NCBI GenBank assembly: GCA_004431415.1
Contig: QPMI01000193.1
Span: forward strand, 1-64,000
Length of the DNA: 64,000 bases
Direction: 5' to 3'
Source of the DNA: Cyanophora paradoxa CCMP329
Lineage: Eukaryota > Plantae > Glaucophyta
Numbering within the stretch: the stretch's first letter is position 1; every line of letters begins with the position of its first letter. Under the pieces are notes generated by a model. It saw nothing but the letters and a program-made list of their open reading frames with translations. It made no database searches and was not told the DNA's origin. Positions 60,030-64,000 of this stretch are shown piece by piece. The position numbers were made by a program, and so were the translations under genes.

Positions 60030-60180
60030 AGGCCTCTGCAGGCTGCAGCTGGGCCCTCAACTGGGGGTGCCGATCAGGCCTCTGCAGTGGCCTAGGCCTC
60101 TGCAGGCTGCAGCCTGCAGCCTGCAGGCTGCAGCTGGGCACTGGGCACTGGGCAGTGGGCACTGGGCAGTGGGCCCTCCG
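60030..60180. repeat. Cluster of short direct and inverted micro-duplications (ctgcagg/cctgcag; gggcact/gggcagt)
   Basis: ctaggcctctgcaggctgcag occurs twice; ctgcaggctgcagcctgcagcctgcaggctgcag; gggcactgggcactgggcagtgggcactgggcagtggg. Confidence 0.85.
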
Positions 60181-60605
60181 AGCTCGGATCGGAGCTCGGA
60201 GGTTTTAACAGCTCGAGAGCTGGGCCGCTCGCGATCGATAGCTCGCGGAGGCGCGGAGCCAGTGTACCCGGAGAAGCGCGGAATCGCCGCGGCCGCGGAT
60301 AAGGTGAAAGGTCGGAGCTTAAGCAAGGTCCGGTCGGAATTCGAAGCAGCGCGGTGGACGCCGCGGAGCAGTGCGGCGCAGCCGCGCAGGCCGCGCAGCG
60401 CCGCAACCGCGCCGGTACCGCCGCTGGCGCCGACTCCCGTGCCGACGTCGATCGCGACTCCCGACTCCCGAGTCCGTGCCGACTCCCGACTCCCGACTCC
60501 GGTCCCCGCTCCGAGGATCGGCGCCCCGTACGCGTGCTCGTGCTGCCGAGAATGCGGAACCGCGCACCGGCCCCGTCCATGCGGTGCCTGTACATGTCGA
60601 CGTCC

Positions 60606-63327
60606 ATGGCGGGGGCCCTGTATTTTGGCGTGCTCCTTGTCATCTGCTGGGGCCCTTCACCCGCCGATGCGCAACTCCCAAGCCTTGAAGGGCGTGGAGG
60701 AAGCTTGGGGTGCGCCGCGTGCACGTGCACTTAAGCTTCGCCGAGTACTAGTCGAATTCCGGGCTAGCGCTGCCGCAGTGCCATGAAGAACGTGATCTTT
60801 AAATTTTAATTTATCTCAGATTCACAACGCGACTAAGTGCGGCTCCGGCCCGTTCGGCTCCTTTGGCCCAATATGTAGGCCCTTCGATTTGAGATCCTGA
60901 TCCCCTTAACAACAAGCACGTCGCTGATCATGAGGGGGCCTCGTCGACGTCGTCATGATCAAAAGCGGTCAAGTGGGGCGCGGCTCAGTCCGCCATGTAC
61001 GTCTCCACGCGCTCGGCGATCTGGAAGGTCGACAAGACCTGCGCAAAGGTCATCGTGGCCGGTGCGCCGCGCGCGCGCGTCCCCACTTTTTATCAATTTG
61101 CGTATCGATATTTCGGGGCCTCTCGCGCGCCCGATCGCGAAGGCGTTTCATTTTTCAGCTAATCGATCCGGTCCTTATAATTAATCATCGCGTAGGAGAT
61201 CCCGACATCGACGGGAACAACCCGACAACAATGAACACCGACGTCCCCGCCCTCTCCGCCCGGTTCAGGTTTGCCAGCGTCATATGCACGATCGCAATCG
61301 CGATTGTTTTTAGTGCGCGCCCCCAAACGTGATTTTCGATTTGATTTCTTGCCCCACGATTAACAATTCTGGTCCGGTCCGATCCCGCTGATTGCAAGGA
61401 ATTATTGCGCAGTTCGATCTTTGACTTCGCCGTCGTGGGCACGGCAATCTATTTCGGCGATTACGGCGCGGTCTATCTGAGGAAGGTGCGTGTGGCCGCA
61501 CTCGAATTTGTTCTAATTCGGCTCGGATATCGATTGTGATCATGATGACCCGGCCGCGGTGACCTATGGATTTCAATTCGAGTTCGAATATTAATTTGCT
61601 GGGTTCGCAGCTGGATCTCGTGGCGGGCACAGTGCGGAACATCGCAGGTGCCTAGGCCTGGGACTCTCTGGAAAGTCTGGGCGCCCGCGCCCGTTCTCAA
61701 AGACGCGGACTCGGGGGGCCGGGGTAGGTCAGGGCGGGACGGAGGGCTGCGGCACCGGCTCCTTTGCCTGCTCGGGGAGCACCTTTTCCGGCAGCAGCTT
61801 CTACCTCGGCAACGTGCGCCGCGCTTCGGGAACTCGCTCGCGATTGGCTTTAAAATTAATTCAAAGGCCTCAAAGCCTCGAATTCAGGCGTTGACGCACC
61901 CGCTCCTTGCAGGCCAACGGGTACATCACCTACAGCGCAAGCGCGAACAGGCTTTTCGTGTGCGTGTGCGATTTGAACACAGTTGAATTCTCACGCGCTC
62001 GCGCGCTGGACGTGCGATCAGGAACTGGGACCGGTGGGGCGGGGGCAACGCCATCGCCGCGTCGACCCTGGACGGGACGGGGTCCACCCTCTTCTCCGCG
62101 TGGCCCGAGGAGGCGGGCATCGCGGCGGACCCGGACAGCAGCCAAGTCTTCTTCTGCGACCGCGACGGCATGCACGTCTACAGGGTCCGGATCCGGATTT
62201 ATTTAAACATATGTTGATCATGACTCCATTCGACCCGCTTCCGCTTCCAAATTAAATTGGTCTATTGAAGCTAAATTCATGGCGGCACGCACAGTTCGAT
62301 GCGGCGACGGGCGCAGTCCTTCGGGACAGCAGCAACAATCCGATTCCTTTCACTCAGACACCGGTACGATCCGCCCAAGCTCCACCCGAGCTTTAATTAT
62401 ATATAAACGTTAACTGTCCGCTCCGAGGCTCGAGCTCCAAACTTCAAACCCTAGGCCTGGCCTGCGCCGCGGTCGGTTGATCATGATCTTTTCAGGCTGG
62501 AAGCTGCTGTGCGACTCAGTGCCAAGGAATCCAGATCATAAGCGATCCTATCTCTGGGTGTGATGGACTTTTCTATCGCGAGCGCTCATGATCAGTCGCG
62601 AGGACAGAATTTGAGACGGGACTCACGATCACGGCTGCGCGCGCAGCTTCTGGCGCCTCCTCGTCAACCTCAACCCGCCGAAGATCGTCGCCTACGACAA
62701 GGTCAGCGGGCATCGCCTCAGGGCCTCGGGCTCGAGGATCACGTGCACGTTCTTCCGCCGGCTCATCTGAGTTTCGGCAGAACGGCGTGAACGTCGGAGA
62801 GGTCCCCCTACCCCCTATGTCGACGTCTGGCGGGAACTCGGTGCATTCCTGCTCTCGAATTCGGCCGCCGGGCGCCCCTCAGGGCCTCTTCGGCGCCTTG
62901 CACATGCATATGCATATGCCTGTTTGGGACGGGCCGGGTGGGTTGAAATTTGATCATGATGTGCTTGCACAGGGAAGAGCATTTGGGGTATCTGCAGACG
63001 ACGGGCTAATCTTCGTCGCGCGAAGCAACGCCGGCAACCCACCGTCGGCACGTGCACGACACTCCCCGGAGCCCTAGGCCTTGACTAGCCAATTCTAATT
63101 AACTCTAATTCAATGATTGAATTTTGCGCCCTCGTGATCTCGACCGCGCGATTTTGTTTGTTCAGAACAGAGACATCTACGTCATTCGCGTTGCCCAGCC
63201 CCCTTCGAGGCTTCGTGTTCGCGACCCCGTGCACATTTCTAATTCTGCAGCGTTCTTAATTACAGCGCAGGTGATGAACGGAGCTGCGGTCCAAGTAACG
63301 GGGGGAGGCTCCATTTCTGTCGCTTGA
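60606..63327 (+). CDS. Putative secreted beta-propeller (NHL/YWTD-like) protein with many small exons
   Basis: Signal-peptide-like MAGALYFGVLLVICWGPSPADA-Q; spliced exons SIFDFAVVGTAIYFGDYGAVYLRK|LDLVAGTVRNIAG, AGIAADPDSSQVFFCDRDGMHVYR|FDAATG, PKIVAYDK|NGVNVGEV, GRAFGVSADDGLIFVA, NRDIYVIRV; stop at 63327. Start could be an upstream ATG (60552-60594). Confidence 0.55.
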
Positions 63328-63542
63328 TTGTCAGGGCCTGGCAGCTGCAGCCTGGCAGGTGGTGTGTAAATGTCACTCATGTGTATATTGTGATCAGATC
63401 GAGGGAACCAAAGCGTGAATTCGAAGTAAGGGAAACTGTACTGTGTACAATAATGAAACGAGGGGTAGCATAGAATGGGGCTGGCGCCGCCGCCCATCGC
63501 TCTGCCTGCGGAAGGGACACGGGTACGGGTACGAGAGCTCAC

Positions 63543-63543
63543 G

Positions 63544-63575
<32 letters not shown>

Positions 63576-63577
63576 CC
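63543..63577. repeat. (GCCT)n microsatellite, ~8.5 units
   Basis: gcctgcctgcctgcctgcctgcctgcctgcctgcc. Confidence 0.95.
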
Positions 63578-63636
63578 CTACACTCGCTAGGCTAGATAAC
63601 CCTGCGGTTGCGCGGTGGGGTGCGGTGCGGTGCGGG

Positions 63637-64000
63637 TCAGGGCCCGTGGAGAGGCTCGAGGGTGCCGGCGGCGGCTGCACGCTCGATCGCCGCGGGGCTC
63701 ATCAGGTTCCACCCCGTCGCCATCGGGCTCAGGAAGTTCCCGCCTGCGCGCGCGTCAGGAGGTGCCGGGCCGGGCGCGGCGGCGGCGGGGGCGGGCGCAC
63801 TGGAGGGGCCGGGGCCCATGCTCGGGGGCAGCTGGAGGGAGAAGCCGGTGGGGGTGGTGCCCCCCGAGGGCGGGGGGAAGCCGCTGGTGAAGGGGGAGCC
63901 GCCGGAGAGGAACGGGAGGGGCGCCAGGGGGCCGAACCCCGAGCTGAGGAGGTGCAGCGGGGCGAGCTGGGCCGGCGCCGGGTCGGCGAGCATGTTCGCT
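63637..64000 (-). CDS. 3' end of a gene running off the window edge (Pro/Gly/Ser-rich C-terminus)
   Basis: Open frame to TGA at 63637 with genome-typical C/G-ending codons and a likely gtgcgc...ctgacgcgcgcgcag intron; no family recognised. Confidence 0.45.
   Translation of the reverse strand, partial: ANMLADPAPAQLAPLHLLSSGFGPLAPLPFLSGGSPFTSGFPPPSGGTTPTGFSLQLPPSMGPGPSSAPAPAAAAPGPAPPDARAGGNFLSPMATGWNLMSPAAIERAAAAGTLEPLHGP

Noticed and set aside
1-64000. Hundreds of long Arg/Ala/Pro/Gly-rich ORFs in the six-frame track (e.g. 8289-9767 -, 38975-40438 +, 53148-54842 -)
   Set aside because: Shadow frames caused by extreme GC content; they overlap spliced genes with recognisable conserved domains in another frame.

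Overview
Very GC-rich, intron-dense DNA from a flagellated eukaryote (typical intron about 55-90 nt; an alga or protist is inferred, species not determinable). Most long ORFs in the supplied track are GC-bias shadows; real genes had to be assembled across introns by hand, so exon counts and domain calls are manual readings. Left 38 kb: a ~23.1-kb tandem duplication (1-14892 repeats 22978-37996; junction at 14892/14893). It carries a poly(A)-tailed LINE-like remnant, a 151-bp exon+intron tandem repeat, a lineage-specific gene family with a divergent intron-split AP2 domain, an unassigned middle domain and a C2HC zinc finger (three visible copies plus an inverted 5' remnant), a hypothetical gene, UBC12, and the 5' Kelch part of a dynein. 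Right 26 kb: a ~83-intron outer-arm dynein alpha-type heavy chain (Kelch-IPT-filamin-Kelch-AAA+; one apparent deletion/frameshift), a small C2H2 gene, a BCL7-like gene with an 11-nt microexon, a sterol desaturase/fatty-acid hydroxylase and a secreted beta-propeller gene. Most notable: (1) non-coding DNA is saturated with overlapping short palindromes, and several paralog substitutions perfect palindromes, suggesting a palindrome-generating mutational process; (2) the mosaic AP2/zinc-finger family; (3) unusual splice signals, with about a quarter GC donors, a G(T/C)(G/C)CGC donor consensus, and C-rich/G-rich self-complementary introns that lack a polypyrimidine tract.
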